Origin: Zygnema circumcarinatum SAG 698-1b
Taxonomy: Eukaryota > Plantae > Zygnematophyceae
NCBI GenBank assembly: GCA_037447605.1
Contig: CM074804.1
Location: 4,007,909 to 4,071,908 of the forward strand
Length of the DNA: 64,000 bases
Reading direction: 5' to 3'
Shown: positions 12,640 through 24,577 of the stretch, in pieces
Numbering within the stretch: the first letter of the stretch is position 1
How the letters are laid out: each line of letters begins with the position of its first letter
Program-made: the position numbers and the translations under genes
Notes under the pieces: model-generated
Databases searched by the model: none
Seen by the model: only the letters and a program-made list of their open reading frames with translations
What the model was told of the DNA's origin: nothing

Positions 12640-15600
12640 TTACACTTGAATGGAGGCGTAGCGCTCTCCCAGTGCCCCTCCTTTCAGTTTCTGGTCCCTG
12701 ATGTGTGAAAGCGTGCTCATGTAGAAGTTGTCTGCTTGGGCATCCAAGGAGGTGCCATCGCTCTGCATCTCGCTGGTGATGAGCTCCAAGAGCCCCTGGA
12801 TGACGCTCGGGGTCACTTCGGAGGCGCCCCTGTCATAGAAATACAAGTACCTACAGAAGGGAGAAGGAAGAGCATCAGATAACCCTACCATGGGAACTGG
12901 GAATTCTTGAAGTTCCTAAAGCTCCTCGGAAGGAGGACCAACCATGGGATCTATGACGCCAGAGTCAGTGCTGCCTACACACTTCAAAGGACTCCCATCA
13001 AAGTTATCTAAGGACTTGAAACCACCAAAGGACTCATAGTGTGACAGAAGAGGACTCACTTGTTCAAGATCTCCACAAAGAGGGTGACAGGCCCGCTGAC
13101 TCCTCGAGTGGCTGCTGACATCTGCTGTGCCGTACTGGCCAGCTTCAACGCCCTTTTCAAGCACAGGAGAACTCTGTACAACCTCCAACAATTTTTAGGA
13201 GAGCCGCCATAAACATCTTATTCCGCAAACAGCACACGACTTGTGTGTGCGCGCACGTGTGTGTCATGTGTGTTAGGGAGAAAGGGGAAGAGGCTAAGCA
13301 AGACGATGGAGGCAGAGGGATGAAGCGAGGGGGGTGAGAGGAAAGGAGAATAGGATGGAGGAGAACGGCAGCCAACGAAGAGATTGAGAGGGAAAACAGA
13401 AAGAAAGAGGGGAGTGGCAAGGAGAAGCGAGGATTTGGACTGAGAGGATGGAGACAGAGAGAGACGGAAGGGGGCGAACAAGAGAGAGAAAATCTAGAGC
13501 GAGAGAGGGTGGGAGAGGAACTAGTGCTGCTGAAGCCTTAGTGTTGATCCAAGTTCCCATCAAATGGAGAGCATACCGTTCTCCATCTCGAATTCCATGC
13601 TCGTCATCCGTGCTCCAGAATAGATGTGAACATGTGTATACGGCTCTGCACTGGTCTGCCTTCTTTAGCAGCTTGCCAGAATACTGTTCCAGCCACAACT
13701 CCGAACCGGGAGGAGAGAGAGAGGGAGGAACAAAGGGCGAGAGCAATGAGACAAAGGCAGAAAGAGTGTGAAAAGTTGCACAGCCGCTGGCAATTACAAA
13801 ATCAATTACAATTACATAATTAATTCCTGGGAGAGGTAAGTGAAGAAGTTCACAGAATAGAGTTCATTTTTCGTAAGAGTACAAAGGGTCATTGAAGAGA
13901 AAAGCGTCACGTGCTCACCCCGGTGGCCTTATGCGTGAGAGTGTCTCTGTTTTCCCGGCTAAACACGTGGCTTTTTTGCAGTGTTCCAATGATAAGATGA
14001 AGAGCTGTGATTTGAGCTTTTGAGTCCTGCAAAGAGAACAAAACCCAATTTGCATCGTCACTGCTTATTGCAGAACGGATCTTTGATTCTAAGAAGACAA
14101 GACAAAACTACTAGAAGCAGATGAAGGCGGTGGCAACATAACATGGTAGCCTCCTGTCTTAAAGTGCGGTCAAAAAAACATCAACTGACAACTTTAGAGG
14201 TGCCCTGCTTGCTTACCACTTCCCCTCCACCCCCCTGTCCTTACCCTACCCATCCTTCCTATCATGCTGGTGGTAGTGAGAGGAACAACGGTGGATGTTA
14301 TCGTCAACTTACAGAAACTTGCTCCTCATACAAGATGAAAGCCTGTGTGAAGAGGTCGTATGCAATCTCTTCTATTCCACACTCGCTTGCTGCCTGCAAA
14401 AAAAGTGAAACAATATAAACTTTTTTTCGTTCCACATGCTTTCTGAATTTTTTTCAAAACAAACGCTGCTATAGAGTCCGTTATTCACTCCTGCGATGAC
14501 GGACACGAAGAAAGACTGCTGAAGTCTAATTAACGGATTTTTCAACAAGAAAACGATATAGGACAAACTATTCGTATCAAGATGCACTAATTGATTGCAA
14601 TAACTTCCGACTCGTGTTCAGATGAAGAGGCTTGGCTTGTCCCTAGCATACTGACGAAGTTACTTCGTCGTATAAACAATTTCCTTTGAGAGAAAGTTGT
14701 AGTTAGCATGAACTACCTCTGCAGATTGCAAATAAAGTCGAAGCGCCAATTCTGGTGCCACTTCAGAGATAGCTTCAATTGTCTGCCATGCGAACCCACA
14801 TCATAGCACAAGGCGAAAACATTATTCGAAGCGAATGCACAAACAACTACCTATTTGCACGAGAAACATTTGCCCATGCATGCACTATAGCCCTGAGGCT
14901 TATGCTTGAGTTTGACTTAGATCCGCATAGAAGATCCGCATAGATCCGCATCTGATTACATAAGCCAACTCTGACTCAAACGTAAGCAAGTTTTGGAGGA
15001 TTTCAGCGACAGCAAAACAACGTGAAACAGCCTGACAAGTTTTATAATAACATCTCGAACAAGGAGGCAGCGAGGGGATCATACCGTGTGTAGAAACTGA
15101 AAGATCTTTTGTGGGTTCAGATCTGCAGACAGGAATACTCTCACCAACTGATACCCACCAATCCGGACAAGGCATCACATAGTGAGCATTCAACACTTAG
15201 TGTTTCTCATGCGGTGGTGTCAAAACTACAAAACTGTCCTTGTTGTCAACGATAAACTGCGGTGATGTGACGCCTCCATTTCTGATCTCCCTTCAGAAGT
15301 GCATTATTTGAAACGGAATGCTGGTCCACCCATGCACCAATCATACCCCCACAAAAGGCTCCAGGAGAAACAAAATTGGAGATACAACGCGCTGAGCGTG
15401 GACCTCTCATGTCAACGCAGTAAGGGAGGCAGATGCAGAACGCACCTTCAAAGCAGAGAAGATGACTGGGGGAAGTGTATAGACAAGTCGGGTGGGGCCT
15501 CCCGCCCCAAAATGTTTCCTTACTGCCGTCAGAATCTGCTCCCACGTAGTTGTATTTTCCATGCATTAACAGCTTATCTTACACTGTCAATGAACATCCA

Positions 15601-18600
15601 AACAGTTGAGCTGTCCATATCTTTGCACTCTCCCTGACTCAGAAACACCCGCCAGGAAGGAGGCAGAACGAGACCCACGTGCATCTGTATCTGAACAGAC
15701 AAATAAGCACTTCAGCATTTCGTACTGAATATGACGCTAACTTCCTGAACCCGTTGTAAATCCATCCATCAGTCAATTTCAGTCCTTCCAGCCACGCATT
15801 ACAGAGGCTCGAGACTGTGCGCATTTACCTCAAATTGCACTTCCGGGTCATCGTTCACGAGCGCGTGCACGAGGCGTGCCACCAAGTTCTGCTCCTCCGC
15901 AAAGTCCTCCATATCCAACTGCAAATGCAGTTCCACGTTCTCTACAATCTTTAAGTGGTAGCCATGAGTCAACCTTAAAGCATGCAGAAGGTTGCAATTG
16001 TAAAGTCTTGAACAAGTCCGTTCGACTCCATGCATTGCAGATGTGGTAATGGATGCAAGGAGGCATAGGGGTAACTTAAACCTTTCTTTTTCGACCTCTT
16101 GCCCTTCCTAGGGCTGGGAAAGGAGAGTGTGAAGGACTCACTTCATCCATTGGAGGAACACCGTCGGTGTCGCGAATAAGCTCTTTCAATACAAGGAAAA
16201 GGAGCTCCACCTGCAATTGAGCGTGTTCTTGGAAAACATGCATAAGCCATTTTTATAAGTGCAATGACGTATTTGCTAATGTACAAAAATGAAAGGACGG
16301 ACAGCCCGGGGCTATCATAAGATCATGGAAATTCCCACAGGGGCATTACACCCAAAAAGGTTTGGCGTGAGAAACTCCACACCAATTGCAAAGAGGGATA
16401 AGCCTGTTTCAACAAACACAGCTAGAAGAAATACGACCACCCTGTGAAGTTTGGTGGCCTTCATTCACCTTCTCAGGATCGCGAATGTAGGTTCCGTGCT
16501 TCAGAGTGCTCTGAATAATAATGGTGGCCATGACTTTATTGTTTTCGTAGTCCAAATGCTCCATCACTCGCGAATAGTGGGTCAGTCCGAGTACAGTAAC
16601 CACATCATTGTACTTTTCTAAGGGAGCCGTCAACAAGGCCATAAGCTGCTTTGTAGCTTTGGCATCCTTGATTTTGCTCGTCCCATCCAATATCTTCACG
16701 CATGCTCCCTGTTTTAATAACACAGCATCCCCACACCTCGTATCCTTAGAGCTTAGATTCACAGGTCAATAATCTCAGCAAGTCATGACATTCCATCCAT
16801 TCAAATCCACTCCGAATACGTCTGTGTTCCTATATAAGAGCAGCATGGTGAGAGTGCTTTTCGAGCCACTGAAGCACGAACCATTGAACTGCAATCAACT
16901 TCAAAAATTCAAAGCAACATACTAATCGGCCAGTTCCATAGAAAAGGTTTTAGTTGCACTAAGAAAGCATTGACATGCTGAACCAATAGTTATTCTCGAC
17001 CATTTGGATATTCGGGTCCTTGGGGATTTTGCATTCTTCGAGTTTTTGAAGTAATCTTTGGAAAAAGCAAATATCTCACCAGAACATGGTCTACATAGTC
17101 GAGCCGATCCGAATGAACTCTGAGGACAAACGTGAGAAGTGCTACATGTAAACTCACGGACCCCACAATCGGCATGTTCGGGTTCGCCTCCAGAACCTGT
17201 ACAGTGGAAAGGGTCATTCATGTAATCAAAGTCCAGAAGAAGACAGTGCATTCTGATGTCGAGCAAGTTTCCTAAGATGTGAAAATCGAATTACTCGTGG
17301 AAACCGTAAGATATTCTATGTACATGACTTTCAGAGGTGACAGGGAATGCTCAAATACCGTTTTAGTGTTATGGCCACATGTGTTCCATCTTTCATTATC
17401 AATACCTTTGAGCTAAAGTAAAATTTGCATGCACCATCTTTCAATATAACAGAACAACTACCATACTCAAGCAGGAAAAGGTTAAATTAGGGTAAAAATA
17501 GAGTCACTGTGGGTCATTGGGGTAAGGTTAGAGTTAGGATTAATATTATTAATCACACAAACAGTTAAAAATAGAGGCAGCTTGAGATTAACGTTGGCGT
17601 CAGGATCACGGTTGGGGTTCGAGCGAGGCTAACGTCAGGGATACAGGTCTGGATACAGCTTCGGAACTACCTTTGAAACAGCGCTGCTCAGCTTCGGAAA
17701 TGCATCAACTTGGAGCAGCTCAGGCAGAACCTGCATAGCAGAAACAGATCAGGAAAAGGAAAAGGGCTCGTTACACCTAAGGATTCGTACGACCGTGAAT
17801 TCCACGATGACGGAGATATGTTAGAATGGAAGTTGGTCCAACATTACCTCTGGTCGCCGAATGGCAAAACTTGACAGACGGTCCATAAGTTGCGACATCA
17901 CCGTCTTTACATCCACGTTGGGCTGCAAGCAGGCCCCCATTCCGCTCAAATGAGAAGCTACAAAAAATCATGTATTTCCCATGTTCTCTGACATGGACAA
18001 AATCAAGATGTGCAGAAAATAACAGGAACGGTTTGGCATTGTATACCTGCAGTTGTGGGCAGGCGCCCAATAAAGTCTCAAGTGTTTGGAGATGAAATTC
18101 ATCTGGAAAGACCTGAATTATGCAGTCCATAAGGTAGTACTGTGCTATTTCGTCTTTACAATTCACAACCTACAGAGGACGAGCCCACCCATGTTTCAGT
18201 AATTTGTTGAAAGTCAAAGCTGTGAGACAAGGTACACAAACAGACCCCACAGTCTCCACTTCTTGCAGAATGAAGGCTGAGGGCTAGCAACATATGTTAC
18301 TTCCTCAGACAATGTGCTGAAACAGGATTAACCAATTGGACCAAAGAGCTCTTACACTTCTACATACATACACACATATTCTTCTTCTTACATTTACATG
18401 AGAGCGTACATACCTGTTCTAGAATCCGGGGAAGCACAATAGCCTTATACATATCTAAGTCTACGCCTTCCAACTGGCTTAATACGTGGAGATTCTTCCC
18501 AACCTGTGCCGGACGTTGATAGGTACGTGGTTAAAGAGGAAAAGCATACGAAAACAGTAATAATAACCACCGGAAGGAGGTACTGCTTCCATGTAGCGCC

Positions 18601-20744
18601 TATACGAGTAATCACATGCGAATCCACCTTTTCGAGAAGCAGTACACGAGAGGAGCAAAAGGAGCATAGGATAAGTTTGAAAATGAGCGGTTGAGAGGTG
18701 ACTAACCAAATCTCGCAATTCACTCCTTTCTCTTTCTCGTTTCTCCTTTTCTCTCGGAGAACCCTGGGGTCAAATTGCAGGCATGCGCACCGGTAAGCCA
18801 TACAACTAGTCTTTCCGAGAAAAGGGAGACAGAGCGAGAGAACAAGAGGGAGGAAGAGGGCGGGGGATCCTTGACATTACAACACATTCAAAGATACGCA
18901 ATAGTTTGCAGTGAATACTTCAAAATTAAGCAAGGTATTCGACAAGCACCTGGTGGATCATCCGCACCCAAAGTTTGTTCATCTCGGTGAAATTCTGAAG
19001 AACAAACTCCACTGCATCAGTCACCGTTCCACCTTCCCTGCACAAACAAATAGTAGCTGCCGTTTCTTTACGTGACTGACCAGTATAGTAATCCAACGAA
19101 AATGACGACCTATGGCAAACTCAACTTCCCAGTCAAAGCTTCTTCTGAAGCATCACCAATAATCAAGAAAATCAGCACGCATGCCGAGTCAATACTAGAG
19201 CCCCACACCTTCCTATATAAGCTTCAAGACAAGGAGAGTCCTTCAGAAGCTGTGGGTTTCAGGTCTTTAAGCATAACTGTAGAGAAGAGAGTGCTCACCT
19301 CTCATACTCAGAGCCGACATCCGGTAATTTATCTTTACTGATTTGTGAAAGGTAACTTCGCAAAAATAAGCCGCGAATTGGATGCTGAACTCCCCTGCAC
19401 ATCTCCACTAAGTCCTTAAGCACATCCTTTGCAGGAGCCTCCTTCGATTTGATGTAGACAGAGCCCACCGTGCAGAGCAAATACCTGTTGTAAAAAAGCC
19501 GATCGAAAGGCATGAAATGAGTCAGATAAGGTTTAGGGATAAAAAAAGTAAGGAAACGACCAATTGAGCAAGTAAGTAGCGCTCAGCTGAAAAAGGTAAG
19601 CACGAACTTTTTAACTTTCTGAAGGTAACAGGTCCCATTCGGTCTATTCATAGAGAGCTAAAAGGAACATACGGGAGGTGAGGACGACATGATGTCCTCA
19701 AACAATTATGCACTTACAGACGTGGTAAGATGTTGCCAGAATGTTGAACCAGTTCGTAGACGTCCGCATTTGAACGACCTCGGCGGCTTTCTTCCTCGAA
19801 GAAGAGCTCCAAGTGCCTGAGCTCATCGAATGTGCGCATATCTATTAAAGTTACAAGTAAAGGGAACGCTTGGAGGAATCCAGTGAAATGAGATAGACTT
19901 GTCTTGGTCCAAAGCAAGTCTCGTATACTTACCCTCCGCATGATTGCGGATATTGTTACCCATTTCTTGGAGCACGATGTAACCATGCTTAACAATGTCA
20001 GAGCAAACTCACGTGAAAGAATTTGACAAGATTCCTTCATTGTAGCTTAGAGGAAGATTCGATAGACCTGCACCGGTAAACTTTCTTGTGACTTCAACTT
20101 GGACTTCGTACAGTAGTTTTACAACCAAAACACACCATAACGTAGTTTGTACAGCTAAACAAACGGAAAGAGCGGACATAAGTAGTGAATAAGAGCCTTA
20201 ATGGCATGCAAAAACCTTCAAAAGGATTAAAAGCAAAGCTCTTGTTCCAGTTAACCACTAGCGTATGTTAGGAAATAACATTTCCGTCTTAGATAACAAG
20301 TTAGCGGGCCTTTATTCTTCTTCCGATGTTTCTTTAGGTGCGTTTAAAGGATACATAACTCATAATACTTCTGTGGGGATAACTTGGACGTGCGCAATTC
20401 GCCAAGCATCTGTGCTGAATATTTGAGAGCTTCCCTCAAATTGTTGCCGTCCTGCATTAAGAAACGGGCACTCTCATTTATCACGACAATCACGCAAACC
20501 CTAAGGAGTTCCAGATCCTGTAGCCATGCGTTTTGACCGGGAGGCCCCCTCACGAATGCCGAACAGCAATGCTGCCTCCGCCCCAGAGATGACAAGGGGA
20601 GGGGAAATGGAGGAGACGGAGAAGGAGCAAGGACAGGAGAAGAGCGGACTCACGTACCAGCGCCCTCTTCATGTAAAATGCCTGCTGCTTCACCACATTC
20701 ATAGCGTCTGCGAGCCATTTCTCCTGCTCCTCGCTCTGCGCCAT
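12640..20744 (-). CDS. VPS35: Retromer subunit VPS35, 22 exons, about 780 aa. Exons: 20658-20744, 20355-20451, 19718-19841, 19299-19484, 18950-19037, 18707-18763, 18414-18503, 18047-18169, 17848-17922, 17671-17730, 17080-17196, 16469-16708, 16142-16210, 15829-15918, 15446-15535, 15085-15147, 14717-14782, 14313-14393, 13919-14026, 13577-13683, 13060-13173, 12640-12850
   Basis: All introns are GT-AG and phase-consistent (2343 nt CDS). Hallmarks: EQEKWLADA...[36 protein letters not shown], the PRLYL motif (ILPRLYLLCTVG), [44 protein letters not shown]. Confidence 0.95.
17480..17640. repeat. Degenerate TTAGGG-like hexamer tract in a VPS35 intron
   Basis: Approximately 6-bp-periodic units such as ttaggg, ttgggg, ttagag, ttagga, tcagga, tcaggg. 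Confidence 0.45.
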
Positions 20745-21092
20745 GGCCGAATCAGCCTGCAGGAAAGAAGGATACGCCAGTTGAGATCGGATGCTGCAAG
20801 AATGGAAGGAGGGGAGGAAGGTCGGAAGCGGGAAAGGGAGGAAGGGAGGAGAGGAGCAGATCAACCAGGAGTGAAATGGACGGAGCCAAACGAAGAGACT
20901 AAAGAAGGGCAAATACGAGAGGGAGAGAGAGACACGAGAGTAATGGAGGAAAAAATCCAACAAAACCAGGCGTTCAAGAAAACCCTCAGCAGGCAGAGTT
21001 GACAAGACGCCATAGGCAGACTACCATGGGCTGGCCTTCCTCCCGTGCGCAGAGCGCCCCGAGGAAGGCGGGTAAGGAATTCTGACCGAGCG

Positions 21093-21183
21093 CTAACCCT
21101 AACCCTAACCCTAACCCTAACCCTCACCCTCACCCTTCCCCTCGCCCTCGCCCTCGTCGCCCTAACCCTAACCCTAAACCTAA
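21093..21183. repeat. Interstitial telomere-type array (CCCTAA)n with CCCTCA/CCCTCG variants in the VPS35 5' region
   Basis: ctaaccctaaccctaaccctaaccctaa-ccctcaccctca...ccctaaccctaaccctaaaccctaa, including the plant telo-box AAACCCTAA. Confidence 0.85.
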
Positions 21184-21201
21184 TTTCGGCAACGAAGGGC
21201 T

Positions 21202-21265
21202 CGCCACGTGGCGCCAAGTCGCCTTGTCTGCGTTTCCGCTCTTCGCGGCGAAGCTGCCACGTGGC
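21202..21265. promoter_or_regulatory. Two palindromic G-boxes in the VPS35 / TFIIS_M-like head-to-head promoter
   Basis: CGCCACGTGGCG at 21202-21213 and GCCACGTGGC at 21256-21265, with a site-II-like TGGGCC nearby. Function is inferred. Confidence 0.5.
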
Positions 21266-21530
21266 GCCCACTGTTAAGCCGCCGACCGCAACGGCAGCGG
21301 TTGGAGCACCGCCCGCACGAGTGGTCACATGTCGCAGTTCTGTGGGCCGTGGAACGGGCGATGGCGGCACATGGGACACGTGGAGGGTATGCCGGCGCGC
21401 AGTTCTGCATGGCGCTGCAAACCGGTTTTGACTCAGATCGGCATTTTGGGCGTTTTTCGGTCCGTTCTTTCTGGAAGCGGCAGGAGGAGGGTTTGGGTGC
21501 TGGCGAGGGAGAGAAGGGAGGAGGCGGGCG

Positions 21531-24500
21531 ATGGAGGATGAAGGGAGGCGCTGGCAGCGGCGGATCGTTAAAGCTGCGGCGAGACCATTGCGGTCGGCCT
21601 GCTTAGCGCACGTGTGGCAGTATGACGAGCAAGAGTTTGGGTCACGCAAACATTTTTCGAGGAAAAATGTCATTCAAGCTCTTGAGAATGTGCTGCTGGT
21701 AAGAAATTGATATGCATGTATTACCCACATGTACGAGTTTAGGCTTAGCCTCCCCTCAGATTTTGAAAATTCAACTATTTTTTATATTGAAAGAGGGCTT
21801 AGCCCCCCCCGAGCCAAAAACTTGGATCCGCCACTGACCTAGGTGATTGGAGATACTCTATCTTCCTTGTTTATGTAGGTGCATGTTGACCTTTTCATGT
21901 AAGAAGAATAAGGCGTGTATTTGTAACTGCATGTCTATTAGTGACTAGTAATTCATCTGAATGTCATACAAACTTTGTTCTTTTTTAGAAGCCGAATATC
22001 ACATTAAAGTTCAGTGCATTGCAGCTGAACAATACATTGGTTTCAAGGGAAATTTCGAATGGACATTTGTGGTTCATGAACAGAGATATGACCGGCGAGG
22101 TCTGTTGGAGGCTGGTGCGGAGTTTCTAAAACTGAACCAATTCGAACCCGTCTTCCATCACCTCCTCGAGCTCTCTTATCCGGTAGCCATGCGTGATGCG
22201 ATACTCCTTGAGCAGTTCCTCGGATGACTTTTCAAACTAAAAGCACAATATCTGTATTGCGAAAGCTCAGTGGTTTGTTGAGTGACTCCTCCATGCGAAG
22301 CCTTTTCGATCATCGGAGGCAGCCATAAATTTATTCTTAGTTCATTGGCCAGAACAGATTAACTTGAAAACATCAAATCAAAACTTTTTCGGTTGTTTGA
22401 CATTTGTGATGTTTTATTAGGAACTTGTGCTACGTTGACCCATTGCAAACTTGTCATGTGGTGTCCTATTAAGTGAACGCCGTGGTTTTTGAACTTCTTT
22501 TACAATGTACGCAGGAATCTGAACCTTCTGATGAGTCCGGACCAGAAGTTGATATCGACCAATCGGATTTCAGCAGCGAAGGTCCAAAAAGACCTCAACC
22601 GGTGGATCGATCAAATGGTTCAACTTTCTTCTCTTTCTTCTTCGTCTTTCTTCTTCTCTTCTTTCTTTCTTTCTTTCTTTGCCTGTTGTCACTTTCAAAT
22701 GTTCGAGTGAGCTTTCTCATAGTTTGAGGGCACCTTTGGATTGGGTCCGTTGAAAGTTCAGGGCGACAGGTTGGACCTTCCAAAACTAAAAGTTGGGTTT
22801 TGACAATGGTGGCCAGATGTGTCCTTTCACTTCAAAGAGGACGAGAAAAAATGCATATCTACTTTGGAAACGATCGAAGACATGGGATTTTCAAGACATG
22901 AAGTGCAATGTATTCTTCGAATGAGGCCAGGTAAGGGTCCTCTGGTGAAGGTACTGGCACTTGCAAGGTTTTGCAGGTAGGAACTTGGACAAGTTTGATA
23001 AGAAAATGTAAATGGCCCTACAATGCGAAATTCATTAGCCAAACGAAACGCTTGCTTTCTAATTGTTTGCTTTTTTTTTTTGTCTTCAAACTTGTGCAGA
23101 CGCTCGTGTCGACGAAGTTGTGGATCTTCTTTTGACTGACCCACTTCCGCAGTCTGTGGTTGAGCTTCAAACACTGCAGCATAACCCTTTTGAGTTTTTA
23201 TTCACGTTCGATTTGTTTTTAGATGCCAAACATAACATGCACGAGCAGTTGTTTGAGGCTCGCTCACGCAAGCGAACTTTGTGTCAAAACCCTACAACTG
23301 GGGTTTTCAGAATTTCCAGAGAATATTTGACGTTGATCTCGGTAACTGAAAATGCTAAGAAACGATTTTTGTGTGGTGTATGGTCAGCAGCAAGGAGTTG
23401 CTGGCGAGGAAGGAGGCCTTTTGCATTCCGAACAAATTTCATCCAGCAAAAAGAGGACATTGGACGAGCCTTCCTCGAGAGAGTCACCCTCCAAATCTCT
23501 GCGCAGAGGCTTTCGAGGTCGACATCATCACAGGGGAGAGGGGTCGTCTGCAAGACCAGATATCGATATCGGGAATGCAAACGGTCTCAATGTGAATAAT
23601 AATGTTGAGATTGTTGTTGACAGTATCGAAGCCAATATCGATAAGTCGGCATCGCATGCATATTCAACAGGAGATTCGGTAAGGGACGCATGGCGAAGCA
23701 AGCTTATGGCCATCCTTTCCTGTTGGGGTTCAACTCAAAAGCTTGAGGTGAGAAATGCTACTTCTCGAGGAGAGCAAGGGAACGGAGAGAGCGTGTGGGA
23801 GGGAGAGAGAAGCGGAAGGGAGCGTGAGACAAGAAAGGGCCTGGAAAAGGGAACCATGGGCGAGTGCTTGTACAAGTTTAGTTTTCACGGTTGTATGATC
23901 CCTAGACAGTTTGAAAAGCTCCTTCCGTTTGAATTTCTCAATTTCCTGCCTTTTCAGTTCAGTTGTTTATTATTTGGACAATTATAGATTCGTTTGATTC
24001 TTATCAGTTGTTTGGAATGGCTCGAAAAATACTATCGTTTGCAGAGGATAACACTCGTATGCCCGGCTTCTCTTACTCTTGCAGTCACTGTTTCTTGATC
24101 AAATTACCGCTGTGGCGGCTGGCCTTGAGAACGAAGTGTATGAGTCTTCGCGTTCCGTATGTCCGTCATACCACTTGAAGCTGCGAGATATCGTGTCAGA
24201 TTTGAAGGTTAGAAAAGAGCACTCACTCACCTCACTCTAAGCACAGCAGGTTCTGGGGTACAATAATTGTTGTACATCAACTGAATGGCCACCTATTGCT
24301 GTTGGTGGCTTGACTCGGATGAATGCTTGTGTTTACGTGTTCTTTTCAACGCTTGTTTGTCTTCCTTCTACATTGATGTCACTAACCGTCCGTGTTCTTT
24401 TCAACGCTTGTCTTTCTTCCTTCTACATTGATGTCAGTAACCGTCCCCTCTTGCCCGCTTTCTCCCTCTCTTCTGTGTGTTCGCTGCCATCGGCTGGTGC

Positions 24501-24577
24501 AGGCGAGCAAGGAGCTGCGCACCAAGCTTGTGGAGGGGACCCTCTCTCCGAAAGCTGCCATCCGCAGCCGACAGTGA
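21531..24577 (+). CDS. Uncharacterised protein with a C-terminal TFIIS central-domain-like (TFIIS_M) region. Supported exons: 21531-21698, about 23100-23341, about 23388-23747, 24085-24207, 24503-24577; exons at 22.0-23.0 kb unresolved
   Basis: Phase-0 spliced C-terminus DSVRDAWRSKLMAIL...|SLFLDQITAVAAGLENEVYESSRSVCPSYHLKLRDIVSDLK|ASKELRTKLVEGTLSPKAAIR matches the recalled TFIIS_M pattern (VRxxxRxxL...AxxIExxxx...YxxKxRxxxxxLK...LRxxLxxGxISP). Exon 1 ends at a strong GTAAGA donor. Confidence 0.55.
21741..21837. mobile_element. Possible truncated MITE (DNA transposon) end in intron 1 of the TFIIS_M-like gene
   Basis: Ends in GGGCTTAGCCCCCCCCGAGCCAAAAACTTGGATCCGCCACTG, a terminal style I recall from non-autonomous Harbinger-like elements. 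GGCTTAGCC occurs twice. No matching second TIR or target-site duplication was found. Confidence 0.35.
24336..24445. repeat. 55-bp tandem duplication (2 copies, few mismatches) in an intron
   Basis: cgtgttcttttcaacgcttgt...cattgatgtca(c/g)taaccgtc at 24336-24390 and 24391-24445. Confidence 0.9.

Noticed and set aside
14919-14951. Three copies of AGATCCGCAT in a VPS35 intron (also a 21-bp duplication at about 38755-38790)
   Set aside because: Ordinary local slippage duplications.
21554-21565. CAGCGGCGGATC as the left TIR partner of the MITE-like end at 21837
   Set aside because: An 11/12 match with no extension and no TSD, lying in a predicted exon; compatible with chance in GC-rich DNA.
20861-21673. 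270-aa minus-strand ORF and overlapping ORFs with RV/LT repeats
   Set aside because: Produced by the GC-rich promoter and the (CCCTAA)n array; no family motifs.
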